A stretch of DNA of 64,000 bases from NCBI GenBank assembly GCA_049970895.1, contig JBMFMB010000005.1, positions 1 to 64,000 on the forward strand, written 5' to 3'. The notes under the pieces were generated by a model. It did no database searches and had not been told where the DNA came from. It saw nothing but the letters and a program-made list of their open reading frames with translations. Position numbers and translations under genes: made by a program. Positions 45,113 to 55,960 of the stretch are shown here, piece by piece; the stretch's first letter is position 1, and the number at the start of each line of letters is the position of its first letter. The DNA comes from Candidatus Bathyarchaeia archaeon (GTDB lineage Archaea; Thermoproteota; Bathyarchaeia; Bathyarchaeales; Bathycorpusculaceae).

Positions 45113-46321
45113 ATGGGGAGAACATCCATGAGATTTTCCATAAGTGAAGCTGAGTACAAAACCCGTATAGAAAGGGTTAGAAAAGTTTTGCAGAGAAGAA
45201 ATCTTGACGCCTTATACTTGACCAACACCACAAGCATATTCTACCTAACTGGATATTCCTTCATATCAACGGAAAGACCCGCGGCATTGGTCATTCCATT
45301 GGACGGAAAAATAACTTTCATGGGTCCAAAGCTGGAGGAAAACCATGTTCCATTAAAAACGCGGCTAATAGATACTGTCAGGACCTACTTTGACTATCCT
45401 GGCGAAAAGCATCCAATAGAACATTTCGCAGAATTTCTAAAAGAAATGGGACTGGCGAAGAAGCGCATCGGCATAGACAATAAAGCCGGAGCCACAAGCA
45501 TGTACGGATACAAAGGTCCGCCAATAACAAGGAAACTGCCAGAAGCAAAATTTGTGAACATGGCTGATCTTGTGCCGAAAATGCGGCTCATCAAGTCGTC
45601 AGCTGAAATCTCTATGATAAGGGAAAGTGCAAAATGGGCGAATTTGGCGGTTTCTCTGTTGCAAGAATACACCACTGAGGGCTCTTGGGACGTGGAGGTA
45701 GCCCTAGCCGCCTCGTGGGATGCATCCAGCATAATGAAAAGGGCTCTGGGTGAAGAATTTGAACCTTTAAGGGGCATTTTCCCAATATTTGCGGGTTTTA
45801 GAGGACAGATTGGTGAGATGAGCGCCATCCCCCATGCCATTGGAACGAGACGGAGAATTAAAAGTGGAGATGTTATAATAGCCGAGGCGGGCGTTGAGAT
45901 AGGCGGCTATAGCTGCGAACTTGAGCGCACAATGATTGTTGGCAAACCCTCGGCTAAGCAGAGGCGCTGCTTTGAGGTTATGTTAAAAGCCCAAGAGGCA
46001 GCCATCCAAAAAATAAGGGAAGGTGTTGAATGTAGCGAAGTAGACAAGGCCTCAATGGGCGTGTTTAAAAAAGCTAATTTAATGCATCTTATGAGGCACC
46101 ATACAGGACATGGCTTGGGATTGGAGGGCCATGAGCCCCCATGGCTGGATGTTGGCAACAGGGAAAAATTAAGAGCTGGGATGGTTGTAAGCTGTGAGCC
46201 CGGAATATATGAAACGGGATTTGCAGGGTTCCGCCATTCAGACACAGTATTAGTGACGAAAGATGGCTGCGAACTCCTCACCTATTATCCAAGGGACATT
46301 GAAACATTAACAATAATCTAG
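45113..46321 (+). CDS. Xaa-Pro peptidase (M24) family protein
   Basis: RLIKS..EI, PH, HHTGHGLGLEGHE, CEPGIY, FRHSDTV. Confidence 0.9.
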   Translation: MGRTSMRFSISEAEYKTRIERVRKVLQRRNLDALYLTNTTSIFYLTGYSFISTERPAALVIPLDGKITFMGPKLEENHVPLKTRLIDTVRTYFDYPGEKHPIEHFAEFLKEMGLAKKRIGIDNKAGATSMYGYKGPPITRKLPEAKFVNMADLVPKMRLIKSSAEISMIRESAKWANLAVSLLQEYTTEGSWDVEVALAASWDASSIMKRALGEEFEPLRGIFPIFAGFRGQIGEMSAIPHAIGTRRRIKSGDVIIAEAGVEIGGYSCELERTMIVGKPSAKQRRCFEVMLKAQEAAIQKIREGVECSEVDKASMGVFKKANLMHLMRHHTGHGLGLEGHEPPWLDVGNREKLRAGMVVSCEPGIYETGFAGFRHSDTVLVTKDGCELLTYYPRDIETLTII

Positions 46322-46421
46322 CTATTATCTGTACTGTTTTGGCGAAATCTAAATTTCAGGGAGACATTCACCGCAAGGGAAAATAACGTCAAAGTTTTAG
46401 GATAGCATTAGAGTTGAGGTT

Positions 46422-47128
46422 ATGTCTGGGGCTGAAACGCTCCTTCCATATTTGAAGGAGAAGAAGGGCGAAGAGCAGAAGCCAACAATTATAGTGGATA
46501 GTCGCGAGGCAAGCAGCGCCAAAAAAGTCGTTAAGGGGCTTAGGGAAAGAGGCGTAAACGTAAGAATTAAGCCTTTGGAAAGAGGCGACTACATCCTGTC
46601 TGACGTTTGTGCTGTTGAGCGTAAAAGGGTTCAAGACTTTGTCTACACGCTTACGCATCGATACTTATTTGAGCAGCTCTTCAAGCTTAAGGAGGCTTAT
46701 CCCAAGGCGTTAATCCTTCTTGAAGGTTACATGCCAATAATCTACAAGTTCAGTAGGATAAAACCAGAAGCCGTTTGGGGCGCTTTGTTCAACTTGGCGA
46801 AAAATGGCATAGCCGTTGTTAACACCACATCCCACAAGGAAACCGTTGACTTCCTATACATTGCCGCCCGCCAAGAGCAAATAGTGGAGAAAAGGGTGCC
46901 AATGGTGCTCCAGTTAAGAAATGTGAAACCCTGGAGGATGCCCAAATCTTTTTTGTGGCGAGTTTGCCCAATATTGGGAGGGAGAAAGCCATAGCAATCC
47001 TTAAATCCTATCAGACACCGTTAAATGCCTTCTTAAATGTTGACGAATGGTCAAAAACAGTTTACGGTCTTGGACCAAAAATAAGCAGCAGAGTAAAAGA
47101 AGTATTAAACACTCCGTTCAGGGGGTGA
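46422..47128 (+). pseudogene. XPF/ERCC4-type structure-specific nuclease with one frameshift
   Basis: VDSRE, GDY and VERK nuclease domain in frame to about 46909. The HhH2 domain (PVKKCETLEDAQIFFVASLPNIGREKA...GLGPK) continues in the -1 frame to TGA at 47126-47128. Confidence 0.8.
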
Positions 47129-47135
47129 AAAGCTC

Positions 47136-47489
47136 TTGAACGTTGAAATTGCCCCAACAAAAAAGGTAACAGTATTGGGTTTAGACAAGCGCAGCGTGGG
47201 CGACATTGCATGGTGCGCCACCACCTACGGTGCGAATAGGCTTTACTGGATAGATGGCTATCTGCTATGCCTAGAAGTTTACGAGAAGTCCTTCGAGCAC
47301 GAGTTGAAAAATCGCGAGTTCCCAATAAGCCAAATCTGCTACGCGGAATTCCCAAAATATGAGAGAATTTACGAAGTGGACAAGAGCCTCCAAATCCCTG
47401 TGGTGAACGTCTCAGACATGAAAATTTTCAAGAATATACTGAAAGCCATAAAAGAAAATGTGAAAACCGGAAGTGAAGAACAAGGCTAG
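47136..47489 (+). CDS. Hypothetical protein
   Basis: 117-aa ORF with LYWIDGY; in tandem after the xpf-like gene. Confidence 0.65.
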   Translation: MNVEIAPTKKVTVLGLDKRSVGDIAWCATTYGANRLYWIDGYLLCLEVYEKSFEHELKNREFPISQICYAEFPKYERIYEVDKSLQIPVVNVSDMKIFKNILKAIKENVKTGSEEQG

Positions 47490-48112
47490 TATGGCTTAAC
47501 GCAAGTTTTAGACTTTTCCAAGCTTTTAACATAATTATAGCCAAGCTCAAAAGCCTTAACATTCATTTCCACGTATTTTGCGGGAACAAGCTCCTTCAAA
47601 GCTTCTATTAGGCTTTCCTTTTTTATTGGCAGCTTCCCAGCGGTTAAAGCTCCAAGAAGAACGGCGTTCTGCATTACTGTGCTTCCAGCCTCTTTAGCAA
47701 GTCTTGACGCGTCGATGGTTATGATGTTTTTGGAAAAGAGCTTCAACCTTTCGAGTATTTCCTCGATTCTTGGATAACTTTCACCCTTCAATGTGAGTCC
47801 TGGTGGTGGGATTCTTTCATCTCCCATAATTATGAGGGTTTTTTCAGAGGCATACTTCACATTTCTCAAAGTTTCTAGAGGCTCAAATCCTAAGAGGATG
47901 TCCGCCTGTCCCTCTAAAATCATGGGGGAGAAAACGTTTTCACCAATTCTAACGGTGCATAAAACTGCGCCGCCCCGCTGAGCCATTCCATGGATTTCGC
48001 CCACACGGACGTTTAAGCCGTCTTTCACTGCAGCGGTTCCGAGAACTTCAGCTGCTAGAAGTATGCCTTGACCGCCAACGCCAGCCAAAACAATGTTAAA
48101 ATCCTTTTTCAT
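47486..48112 (-). CDS. iorB: Indolepyruvate:ferredoxin oxidoreductase beta subunit
   Basis: AGVGGQG, EIHGMAQRGG, FEPLE, NAVLLG, NVKAFELG. Confidence 0.93.
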   Translation of the reverse strand: MKKDFNIVLAGVGGQGILLAAEVLGTAAVKDGLNVRVGEIHGMAQRGGAVLCTVRIGENVFSPMILEGQADILLGFEPLETLRNVKYASEKTLIIMGDERIPPPGLTLKGESYPRIEEILERLKLFSKNIITIDASRLAKEAGSTVMQNAVLLGALTAGKLPIKKESLIEALKELVPAKYVEMNVKAFELGYNYVKSLEKSKTCVKPY

Positions 48113-48126
48113 ACCGCCCGCCACCT

Positions 48127-50019
48127 TTATGCTCGTTTTAATGGTTCTATGGCTTTGTATGGGCAAACATAAGCGCATAAGCCACAGCCAACACAGAGGT
48201 TCTCGTTTATAGCTACAGTCTTATCCTCCTTGAGGATTATTGCTGGACAGCCCAACAATTTGATGCACGCCATGCAGTTTGTACACTTCTCATTCACTTG
48301 GAATGGCACAATTTCTAAGCCTTTCCGCCTCTTCTCCCTCACAAGCAATAAGGCACATGGCGCCCTAAAAACAATAAGTGAAGTCTCTGGAAACCTTAAC
48401 GCCTCTTTTAAAGCTTTTTCGGCTTCTCCAACATTGAAGGGGTCAACAACCCTAACGAATTTTACTCCGCAACCCTCTGCAACCTTTTCAATAGCTATGG
48501 GCTCTGTTGGCGTCTGCATACCAGTCATGCCTGTTCCCGGATGCGGCTGATGACCAGTCATCGCCGTTGTGAGGTTGTCTAAAACAGCGACAACAATCTT
48601 GTGCTTATTGTAAACCGCGTTTAAAAGTCTCGGCACTCCAGCGTGGAAGAAGGTTGAGTCTCCAATTATTGCAATTGTGTCTGTCCCGGTTGCTTTGGTT
48701 ATGCCTTGAGCTGTTCCTATTCCAGCACCCATGCATACGAGGATGTCGCCAACTTTTAGGGGTGGGGCTATTCCTAGAGCGTAGCAGCCAATGTCAGTTG
48801 GGTAAATCGCCCTTTCGCCAGCAACCTTCTTAATGACGTAGAAAGAAGCCCTATGGGGGCATCCTGCACACAAAATTGGCGGTCTAGGCGGAATCCCTTC
48901 GGAGGCTTCACCGTATCGCCTATTCAAACCTTCAAAGTCTATGGACATTTCTCTGCCAGTTATTGCGGCTAACCCCTTCAAGACTAGGCTTGTGGAAAGT
49001 TCGCCAGACCTTGGAAAATAACGTTTGCCATAAACCTCTGTTAATGGGGCATAATCCTTTGCAATTGCCCTAACATGAAGCTCAAGGTAGGGTTCAAGCT
49101 CCTCAACAACAATGGCTTTGCTGTGCTCTTTCAAAAATTTTCCAATCAATTTTTCGGGCAACGGGTGGGTCATTCCAAGCTTTAAGACGTCAATGTTTAA
49201 GCCCAAAAGTTCGGCGGCTTCAACAGCGTAGTTATACGCCGCACTTGAAGAGATTATGCCATACTCTTTGTCTTCGCCTTTGGGCTTGATCGTGTTGTAT
49301 GGAGAGTTTTCCGTTATTTCCTTAGTCTTTTCCATTTGCTCTAAGAGGACATCGTGTCTAGGTCTTGCGTTGGCTGGAACCATAACAAAACGCTTAACAT
49401 CTCGAATAAATTCGCCCTTCAAGCGGGGCTTTGAGAGCTTTCCAAAAGTGACTGGTGCTCTGGTGTGGCTCACCCTTGTGGTTGTCCGAAGTATAACCGG
49501 GAGCTCAAGCTTCTCTGAAATTTCAACAGCATAAGCCACCATTTCCTTTGCCTCCTGCGGGTTTGAGGGTTCAAGGCATGGCAAGTTTGAAAGCAAAGCA
49601 TAAAGTCGGCTGTCCTGCTCGTTCTGCGAACTGTAACACTCCGGGTCGTCAGCAGCAACAACAACAAGTCCGCCTCTGACACCGGTATAAGCCAAAGTCA
49701 TCAACGCGTCTGCAGCCACATTCAAGCCTACATGCTTCATGGCTGAAAGAGCCCTAACCCCACAAGCTGCAGCCCCCCCAGCCACCTCAACGGCAACGAT
49801 CTCGTTGACGGAATATTCCATGTAAACGCCAGCTTCTTGGGCTATGTCGGAAATTGTGTCGCCAATTTCGGAGGCTGGTGTGCCCGGATAGGTGGTAACA
49901 ACCCCTATGCCAGATTCTAATATTCCGCGGGCGATAGCCTCGTTACCAAGCAAGAGCACACGCTTTCCAGGCTCATCCTTCAACAATATGTAGGGGTCTG
50001 GCATTAACGCCTTCTCCAA
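48127..50019 (-). CDS. iorA: Indolepyruvate:ferredoxin oxidoreductase alpha subunit
   Basis: LLGNEAIARG, YPGTP, MKHVGLNVA, SSQNEQD, CAGCPH, DIGCY, GDSTFFH, C-terminal ferredoxin motifs. Confidence 0.95.
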   Translation of the reverse strand: MEKALMPDPYILLKDEPGKRVLLLGNEAIARGILESGIGVVTTYPGTPASEIGDTISDIAQEAGVYMEYSVNEIVAVEVAGGAAACGVRALSAMKHVGLNVAADALMTLAYTGVRGGLVVVAADDPECYSSQNEQDSRLYALLSNLPCLEPSNPQEAKEMVAYAVEISEKLELPVILRTTTRVSHTRAPVTFGKLSKPRLKGEFIRDVKRFVMVPANARPRHDVLLEQMEKTKEITENSPYNTIKPKGEDKEYGIISSSAAYNYAVEAAELLGLNIDVLKLGMTHPLPEKLIGKFLKEHSKAIVVEELEPYLELHVRAIAKDYAPLTEVYGKRYFPRSGELSTSLVLKGLAAITGREMSIDFEGLNRRYGEASEGIPPRPPILCAGCPHRASFYVIKKVAGERAIYPTDIGCYALGIAPPLKVGDILVCMGAGIGTAQGITKATGTDTIAIIGDSTFFHAGVPRLLNAVYNKHKIVVAVLDNLTTAMTGHQPHPGTGMTGMQTPTEPIAIEKVAEGCGVKFVRVVDPFNVGEAEKALKEALRFPETSLIVFRAPCALLLVREKRRKGLEIVPFQVNEKCTNCMACIKLLGCPAIILKEDKTVAINENLCVGCGLCAYVCPYKAIEPLKRA

Positions 50020-50135
50020 CAGTTAGAGAAACCCTTTACCCATTTGCTTTCAGATATAACTTTTTGTGAACAAAAACCATTACAATCATGAAAAATTAGA
50101 GAGGATAAAAAGGGAGGATGACGTAATAAAGCGCG

Positions 50136-50918
50136 TTACTTGCCTTTAAACAATGGTTTTCTCTTTTCAATGAACGCCGAGACGCCTTCCTGAAGGTCTT
50201 CTGTTGAGGCTACAACGCCGAAGCCTTCCCGTTCTAGGGCTATTGCGGCGTCAAGACTTATCTCTGCACCCTTATTTATCAGTGCTTTGGCCACTTTAAG
50301 GGCTACAGGCGCTTTCTGGGCGAGTTCTAAGGCGAATTGGCGAACAGTCTCCCTAAACTTGTCTTGTGGAACAACCATGTTCACAAGCCCAAACTGCTCA
50401 GCCGTTTTTGCATCGATCATTTTCCCAGTGAAGATAAGCTCCTTAGCCTTTGTCGCACCAATTAGGCGTGTCAACCTTTGGGTTCCACCCCAACCAGGAA
50501 TTAAGCCAATGTTTATTTCCGTTTGCCCCATCCGTGCGTTTTCCGAGGCGATGCGAATGTCGCATGCCATTGCAACTTCTAAGCCTCCGCCAAGGGCGTA
50601 GCCATTTATAGCCGCTATAACTGGCTTCTCAAGATTTTCAAACGCTGAGCAAAGCCTCCCACCCATCTGAGAGAGCTCCCGCGCTTTTAGGGCGTTCATC
50701 CCCCTCATAGCTTTGATGTCCGCCCCAGCGGAAAAAGCCTTCTCGCCAGCACCAGTCAAAACGACAACACGCACATTTTCATCAGTCTTCACATCCTCGA
50801 GGGCTTGAAGGATTTCGTTGACAACTTCGGCGTTGAAGGCGTTTAGGGCTTCCGGCCTGTTTATGGTTATTGTGGCTATGCCCTCGCTTTTCTCGTATAT
50901 GATGTACTTAAACTCCAA
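50136..50918 (-). CDS. Enoyl-CoA hydratase (crotonase)
   Basis: NRPEALNA, FSAGADI, GGGLE, EINIGLIPGWGGTQRL. Confidence 0.93.
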   Translation of the reverse strand: MEFKYIIYEKSEGIATITINRPEALNAFNAEVVNEILQALEDVKTDENVRVVVLTGAGEKAFSAGADIKAMRGMNALKARELSQMGGRLCSAFENLEKPVIAAINGYALGGGLEVAMACDIRIASENARMGQTEINIGLIPGWGGTQRLTRLIGATKAKELIFTGKMIDAKTAEQFGLVNMVVPQDKFRETVRQFALELAQKAPVALKVAKALINKGAEISLDAAIALEREGFGVVASTEDLQEGVSAFIEKRKPLFKGK

Positions 50919-50937
50919 CTGCGCAGTTCCTCCTAGA

Positions 50938-51801
50938 CTATTTTTGTGTCCAGTCGTAGAAGCCCTTCCCGGTTTTTCTCCCCAACAAGTTGGCTCTAAC
51001 CATCTGCTTTAATCCATGATGTGGATGGAACTTTGGGTCAAGCTCCCTCTCCAGTACTTCCGCTATGGCCAGGGTTGTATCTGCCCCAATATAGTCTAGA
51101 AGCATGAGGGGCCCCATAGGCCAATTTAAGCCAAGCCTTATGGCTTTGTCTATGTCGTCTCTGTCTGCTACGCCTTCCCAGTAGAGGGCTACCGCTTCAT
51201 TTAGGGCTGGTATCAGTATGCGGTTGACAATGAAGCCTGGACAATCCTTCTTGACTAGGACTGTTTCTTTCTGCATTTTGTGGGCTACATCCAAAACCGT
51301 CTGCACAGTCTCATCCGAAGTTTTGGCACCCCTTATAACTTCCACAAGCTTCATCAGCTGCGGAGGGTTGAAAAAATGCATCCCGCAAACCTTTTCTGGA
51401 CGTTTTGTGGCTGAGCCAAGCTCTGTTATGCTTATAGACGACGTGTTAGAAGCGATTATGGCGTGGGTTGGTGCAAGGGCATCCACCTCACGGAAGGCTG
51501 CCTTCTTAAGTTCAATGTTTTCTGGGATAGCCTCAATAATTAAGTCAGCCTTTGAAACCGCCTCCCGCAAATCCGTCGTAGGATGTATCCGCGCCAAGGT
51601 TTCATTCAACTCCGCCTCGGTTATCTGTCCCTTGCTGAGGAACTTTTGGAGGCTGCTGCGGATCATGTTCATGCCGTTATCCACAAACCTTTGCTCAATA
51701 TCCCTTAGGTAAACCTCGTATCTGCCAACTTGGGCAGCCACTTGCGCAATGCCGTGACCCATTAAACCAGCGCCTAAAACCGCTATGGTCTTTACTTCCA
51801 A
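50938..51801 (-). CDS. 3-hydroxyacyl-CoA dehydrogenase
   Basis: GAGLMG, EAIPE, SNTSS, GMHFFNP, GFIVNR, PMGP, LGRKTGKGFY. Confidence 0.94.
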   Translation of the reverse strand: MEVKTIAVLGAGLMGHGIAQVAAQVGRYEVYLRDIEQRFVDNGMNMIRSSLQKFLSKGQITEAELNETLARIHPTTDLREAVSKADLIIEAIPENIELKKAAFREVDALAPTHAIIASNTSSISITELGSATKRPEKVCGMHFFNPPQLMKLVEVIRGAKTSDETVQTVLDVAHKMQKETVLVKKDCPGFIVNRILIPALNEAVALYWEGVADRDDIDKAIRLGLNWPMGPLMLLDYIGADTTLAIAEVLERELDPKFHPHHGLKQMVRANLLGRKTGKGFYDWTQK

Positions 51802-51887
51802 GGCTTTTCTCCCCCAACCTTAACAGAACCTAAGATTTGTTGAGAAGCTTTTATAGTGTTTTTGGCTAAAGAACCATATTTGCCAAG

Positions 51888-52787
51888 TCAGTTGTTTTTG
51901 GTTTTAAGTATTGTGGCTGCGCTTAAGAGTATTAATCCAACGCCAAGATAGCGAATTAAGGATATGTACTGCTGGAAGATGAGCACTGCCCAGAGATTAT
52001 GCAGTAATGGGTCTAGGAGCAAAATTGTTCCCTCGGTTGTTGACGGCACTTCGCTTGACTTTACATAGTTTAGCAGTCCGTAGGGGACCGCCGTGCTGAA
52101 TGAGGCAAATAAGAATAATAGGGCTAATTGATAAGAGTTTGGTAATGTGAACCCAATTAAGCCTACGTTTCTCGTGAAAAGGCTTAGGATAATCCCTAAA
52201 AGCAGTGCAGATGGCGCCGCAAACAAAAATGTGTTAAACAGTCCTTGAAGGGGTGTGTAATCTGCTTTCCTCATCCTTTTTATGTAAAGGTAAAGGGAGT
52301 AAAGGAAGCCGCCGAGTAGGGCAAAGCCTAAGCCGCCAATGTTGAGGTTTGGAAGTGGCTCGGTGACCACCCCACTTACAAGAAAGACCCCGATGACTCC
52401 CATCGCCATGGCCGTAATCTTTCTTGGAGTCATCCTCTCTTTTCCAGAAACAGCGGCTAAAGCTGCTGTAAAGAAGGGTTGCGTGTAGATTAAAGCTACT
52501 GTGACTGCTATTGGACAGCCAAACACAATTGATGATAAGGCTGAAAACAAGAAGCATGAAAAAACCAAGCCGGCTAAGGCAAAGTATTGCAAATCGTCCC
52601 TCTTTAGTTTAAACCTACCCCTAATCAGCACAAAAATTAGTGGGAGCGCCAGCGTTATGCGGGAGAAAACTTGCTGTAGGCTTGAAACTCCAGAATTCCT
52701 AAGAAGTGTTGAGAAAACTAGGATGAAACTAAAACAGAAACATGCCAGAATTAATAGGGCATGACTTTTTGTTAAGCCCACTTGCAT
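51888..52787 (-). CDS. EamA/DMT family transporter
   Basis: About 10 TM helices with a duplicated EamA pattern (YTQPFF, LLDP). Confidence 0.85.
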   Translation of the reverse strand: MQVGLTKSHALLILACFCFSFILVFSTLLRNSGVSSLQQVFSRITLALPLIFVLIRGRFKLKRDDLQYFALAGLVFSCFLFSALSSIVFGCPIAVTVALIYTQPFFTAALAAVSGKERMTPRKITAMAMGVIGVFLVSGVVTEPLPNLNIGGLGFALLGGFLYSLYLYIKRMRKADYTPLQGLFNTFLFAAPSALLLGIILSLFTRNVGLIGFTLPNSYQLALLFLFASFSTAVPYGLLNYVKSSEVPSTTEGTILLLDPLLHNLWAVLIFQQYISLIRYLGVGLILLSAATILKTKNN

Positions 52788-52811
52788 CTTTCACCGCGTT
52801 AGAAGCCTTCC

Positions 52812-53978
52812 CTAATAGGATTTGGGCAGTCCTAAGACATGTTGTCCTATGAAGGCTAAGGCCATTTGATGCGTGACCGGAGCCAGTCTTATGAGGTTTA
52901 TCTCCCTCCACCACCTTTCAACATCATATTCCACAGCATAGCCATATCCGCCGAAAGTCTGCATCGCATGGTAAACAGCCTCTATTCCAGCCTCAACAGC
53001 CGCCACTTTAGCCATGTTGGCCTCTGCTCCGCATTCTTCTCCGCGGTCGTAAAGCCATGCAGCCTTATAGTTTAAAAGTCTCGCAGCCTCGATTTTTGCT
53101 TTGGCTCCAGCGAGTGGAAACTGTATGGCTTGATGCGACCCAATCGGAGCTTCGAAAACCCTCCTTTCCTTTGCGTATTCAACAGCCTTTTTGATGGCCA
53201 ATAATCCTAAGCCACATGCCGCTGCCGAAAAAGACATGCGCTCTGGGTTAAGTGTATCCAAGAGCAGGTACCAGCCTTTCTCTGGCTCGCCTAAAACATT
53301 TTCTTGGGGAACCCTTAAGTCGCTTATGTAAACTTCAAAGGTTTTTGAGTAGTTTATGCCATGCTTCTCGATCGGGATTATTTCTATTGCTGGATTCGGC
53401 AAATCCACAAGGAACAAGGTCAAGCCAAAGGTTCTCTTTGGGGCTTTATCAGCGGGCGTTGTTCTGGTGACGAGAAGCATTCCCTTGGCTCTGTCCGCCC
53501 CCGAAATGAAGATTTTCTGACCATTGATTACGTATTCGCCTTCTTGCTTAACAGCCATTGTTTTGATGTTTAGTGTGTTTGTTCCAGCGTCTGGCTCTGT
53601 TAGGGCTAGGCAGAACTCCATCCCCTTCGCGATTTTTGGCAGATACTTCTCTTTTTGGGCTTCATTGCCATGTTTCACTATGGACAAGCCACCAAAAACG
53701 GCTGAAAGGCATAGGAACCATTCTCCAGCAAGTCCGCAGCCTTCTGAAACTAGTGTCTCCATGGCTAGGAGCATTTCGAACATGCCCATTCCGCTTCCGC
53801 CATACTTTTCTGGAATAACTATTCCGGGAAAACCGGCGTCCACGAGGCTTTTCCAAAAGTCTTCTGGAAACTCATGTTCACGGTCTTTTTCCCGCCAATA
53901 TTCTGGACCGTAATCTCGGGCAATTTCAGTGGCTGTTTCAACTATCATTTTCTGTTCTGGTGTTAATTCAAAATCCAT
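52812..53978 (-). CDS. Acyl-CoA dehydrogenase
   Basis: PEKYGG, ALTEPDAG, INGQKIFIS, R.VF..PI...Q, QTFGGYGY. Confidence 0.94.
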   Translation of the reverse strand: MDFELTPEQKMIVETATEIARDYGPEYWREKDREHEFPEDFWKSLVDAGFPGIVIPEKYGGSGMGMFEMLLAMETLVSEGCGLAGEWFLCLSAVFGGLSIVKHGNEAQKEKYLPKIAKGMEFCLALTEPDAGTNTLNIKTMAVKQEGEYVINGQKIFISGADRAKGMLLVTRTTPADKAPKRTFGLTLFLVDLPNPAIEIIPIEKHGINYSKTFEVYISDLRVPQENVLGEPEKGWYLLLDTLNPERMSFSAAACGLGLLAIKKAVEYAKERRVFEAPIGSHQAIQFPLAGAKAKIEAARLLNYKAAWLYDRGEECGAEANMAKVAAVEAGIEAVYHAMQTFGGYGYAVEYDVERWWREINLIRLAPVTHQMALAFIGQHVLGLPKSY

Positions 53979-54070
53979 GACACCACAACCAGTCTCACAT
54001 TTCCTAGAAGTTGCTATAAAATGCTTTCCTAAAGAAAATGCGAAATAAATTGGAAAGGAAGAGCTTATGC

Positions 54071-54886
54071 CTATCTAGTTTGGGCTGATCTTGGTATGTA
54101 AATTCCGTGGGGGTCTATGGCCCTTAAAATGGCCAATTCTTCATAGGTTGGCGGCTCAGTCGTTGGCACATGCTCCGGTATAATCAAGTCGAAGCCTGTA
54201 TTTTCCCTAATATCTTGCAAACTCACGCCCGGATGAATAGTCGCAAGCCTAATCCGCTTTGTTTCCGGATCAAAGTCCATCTGGCAAAGGTTTGTAACCA
54301 CAAGGGAAGGCCCACCACCAAGCAAACCAGCCTTTTCCCTTGCTCCCGGGCCATCTAAGTGGCCTGGGCTTGTTAAGTAGTCGAGTTTCTTCACCATCTT
54401 CCGTTTTTCATGGGTCATTATTATGACTATGCGTTTTGCCGATGAGACTATGTCGTTTCCGCCTCCGCTTCCAGGAAGCCGCACTGTCGGGTGTTCAAAG
54501 TCGCCTATATATGTGGTGTTTATGTTTCCATACTCGTCTATTTGGGCTGCGCCGACAAAGCCGACGTCCACATGCCCGCCTTGCAGAAGCAGTCCGAGGG
54601 TTTCGATTAGGCCTATGGCTGCTGAGGCCCTATAACCAAGTCTGGAGTCGGCTATTGATAGGGCTATGTCTATGGCGTTTGAGTCTATGAAGCCAGCCTC
54701 GTAAACTATTTTTGCTTTCGGCGCATGTGTTCTTTTTGCAAGCATTGCAGCAATCATCGGCAAGCCTGTTCCAACGAAGACCACTTCGCCGTTTTTTATG
54801 GCTCTTGCACCGCAGACGGCCATAAGCTCAAGGGTTGTAAACTCTCCGAGTTTTGCATAATTTTTCTTTTCCATAAGGCTTCTCAC
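54071..54886 (-). CDS. CoA-transferase beta subunit (glutaconate CoA-transferase-like)
   Basis: VFVGTGLP, VYEAG (catalytic Glu), GAAQID.YGNIN, RLPGSGG. Confidence 0.9.
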   Translation of the reverse strand: MRSLMEKKNYAKLGEFTTLELMAVCGARAIKNGEVVFVGTGLPMIAAMLAKRTHAPKAKIVYEAGFIDSNAIDIALSIADSRLGYRASAAIGLIETLGLLLQGGHVDVGFVGAAQIDEYGNINTTYIGDFEHPTVRLPGSGGGNDIVSSAKRIVIIMTHEKRKMVKKLDYLTSPGHLDGPGAREKAGLLGGGPSLVVTNLCQMDFDPETKRIRLATIHPGVSLQDIRENTGFDLIIPEHVPTTEPPTYEELAILRAIDPHGIYIPRSAQTR

Positions 54887-54893
54887 CCCCGTC

Positions 54894-55814
54894 TTAGTAT
54901 GGGAAAGGCTTTTTAGCCCTAAGCTTTAGGAGGCGCTCCATGCCAATTTTCTTGAGGAAATCCATGTGGTCCTCAACGCTCATAATGTATTCTTCGCAGT
55001 ATTTTTGCCATCCCTCCTCTGTTTTGCATTGCTGGTAGTACATGCGTATATGCTCCATGTCATAGTCGTAGTAGTTGTAAACCATCATTGGATAGGCTCC
55101 CCAAGGGCATTCCACAACATAATCCACGTAAATGTTTGGAATCGCTGTCTGATCTGGTTGGGAGCGAATAAACTCTGTGTCCACAATTTCTTCAGCTAGG
55201 ACTATTACTTTTTTGCCAGCCCTAGCGCCCTCCACATCTTCGCCTTTAATGCCGTCTATTTGGGCGTTGCCTTCTCGGTCCACCCTTGAAACATGCACTA
55301 TGCTGAAGTCTGGGCGGACAGAAGGCACAAGCACAACCTTCTCGCCAGTAAATGGGCATGTTATAACCTCGGCTTTTTTAGGCTTGAACTTTGTTTTCGT
55401 CAGCAAGTCTGTTCCAAGCATACTTTTTAAGGGCATGAATGGAACGCCTAAGGCACCGCCGAGAAAGCGCAGTGCCATAGCCAAATTTGTATAGTCCTCA
55501 ATTTGGACAGCGCCTTCGCGGATTCTCCGCTGGATGTTCGGAGCCAATCCTATGCCTTCTATAGCGAAGAAAGCCAGTTCGAAGCGGGAAGTCACATATG
55601 CTCCTGCTAGTATGTCAATGTCCATTTCCGAGCCGCAAGTGTAAATTGTTAGATTTCGCTTTTTCTGCCTCACAAGTTCGTGGGCGAAAGCCATTGGGGG
55701 TCTTTGAAAGCCGAAGCCTCCCCAGAAGAGGTGAGCCCCATCCGGGATGAGCTTTGCAGCCTCTTTCAGAGTTATCCGTTTATCCTCCACTGGAGTCTCG
55801 ACCAATAAGGACAC
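54894..55814 (-). CDS. CoA-transferase alpha subunit (glutaconate CoA-transferase-like)
   Basis: R.PMAF.HEL, ALGVPFMP, LGTD, CPFTG, D..GN, P.GAYP. Confidence 0.9.
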   Translation of the reverse strand: MSLLVETPVEDKRITLKEAAKLIPDGAHLFWGGFGFQRPPMAFAHELVRQKKRNLTIYTCGSEMDIDILAGAYVTSRFELAFFAIEGIGLAPNIQRRIREGAVQIEDYTNLAMALRFLGGALGVPFMPLKSMLGTDLLTKTKFKPKKAEVITCPFTGEKVVLVPSVRPDFSIVHVSRVDREGNAQIDGIKGEDVEGARAGKKVIVLAEEIVDTEFIRSQPDQTAIPNIYVDYVVECPWGAYPMMVYNYYDYDMEHIRMYYQQCKTEEGWQKYCEEYIMSVEDHMDFLKKIGMERLLKLRAKKPFPY

Positions 55815-55960
55815 CTCAAATACTATTGCTAAAGTTTTCCATTTAAATTTTCAAACTTCAGCCTTAAAAACGCCCTAAATGCTGAATTCTTATATAAGTG
55901 CTTGCGAAATAACATGATGCGTTTAGGGCTGTTCCGTTTGCTTGTTGGAATGTGGTGTTT

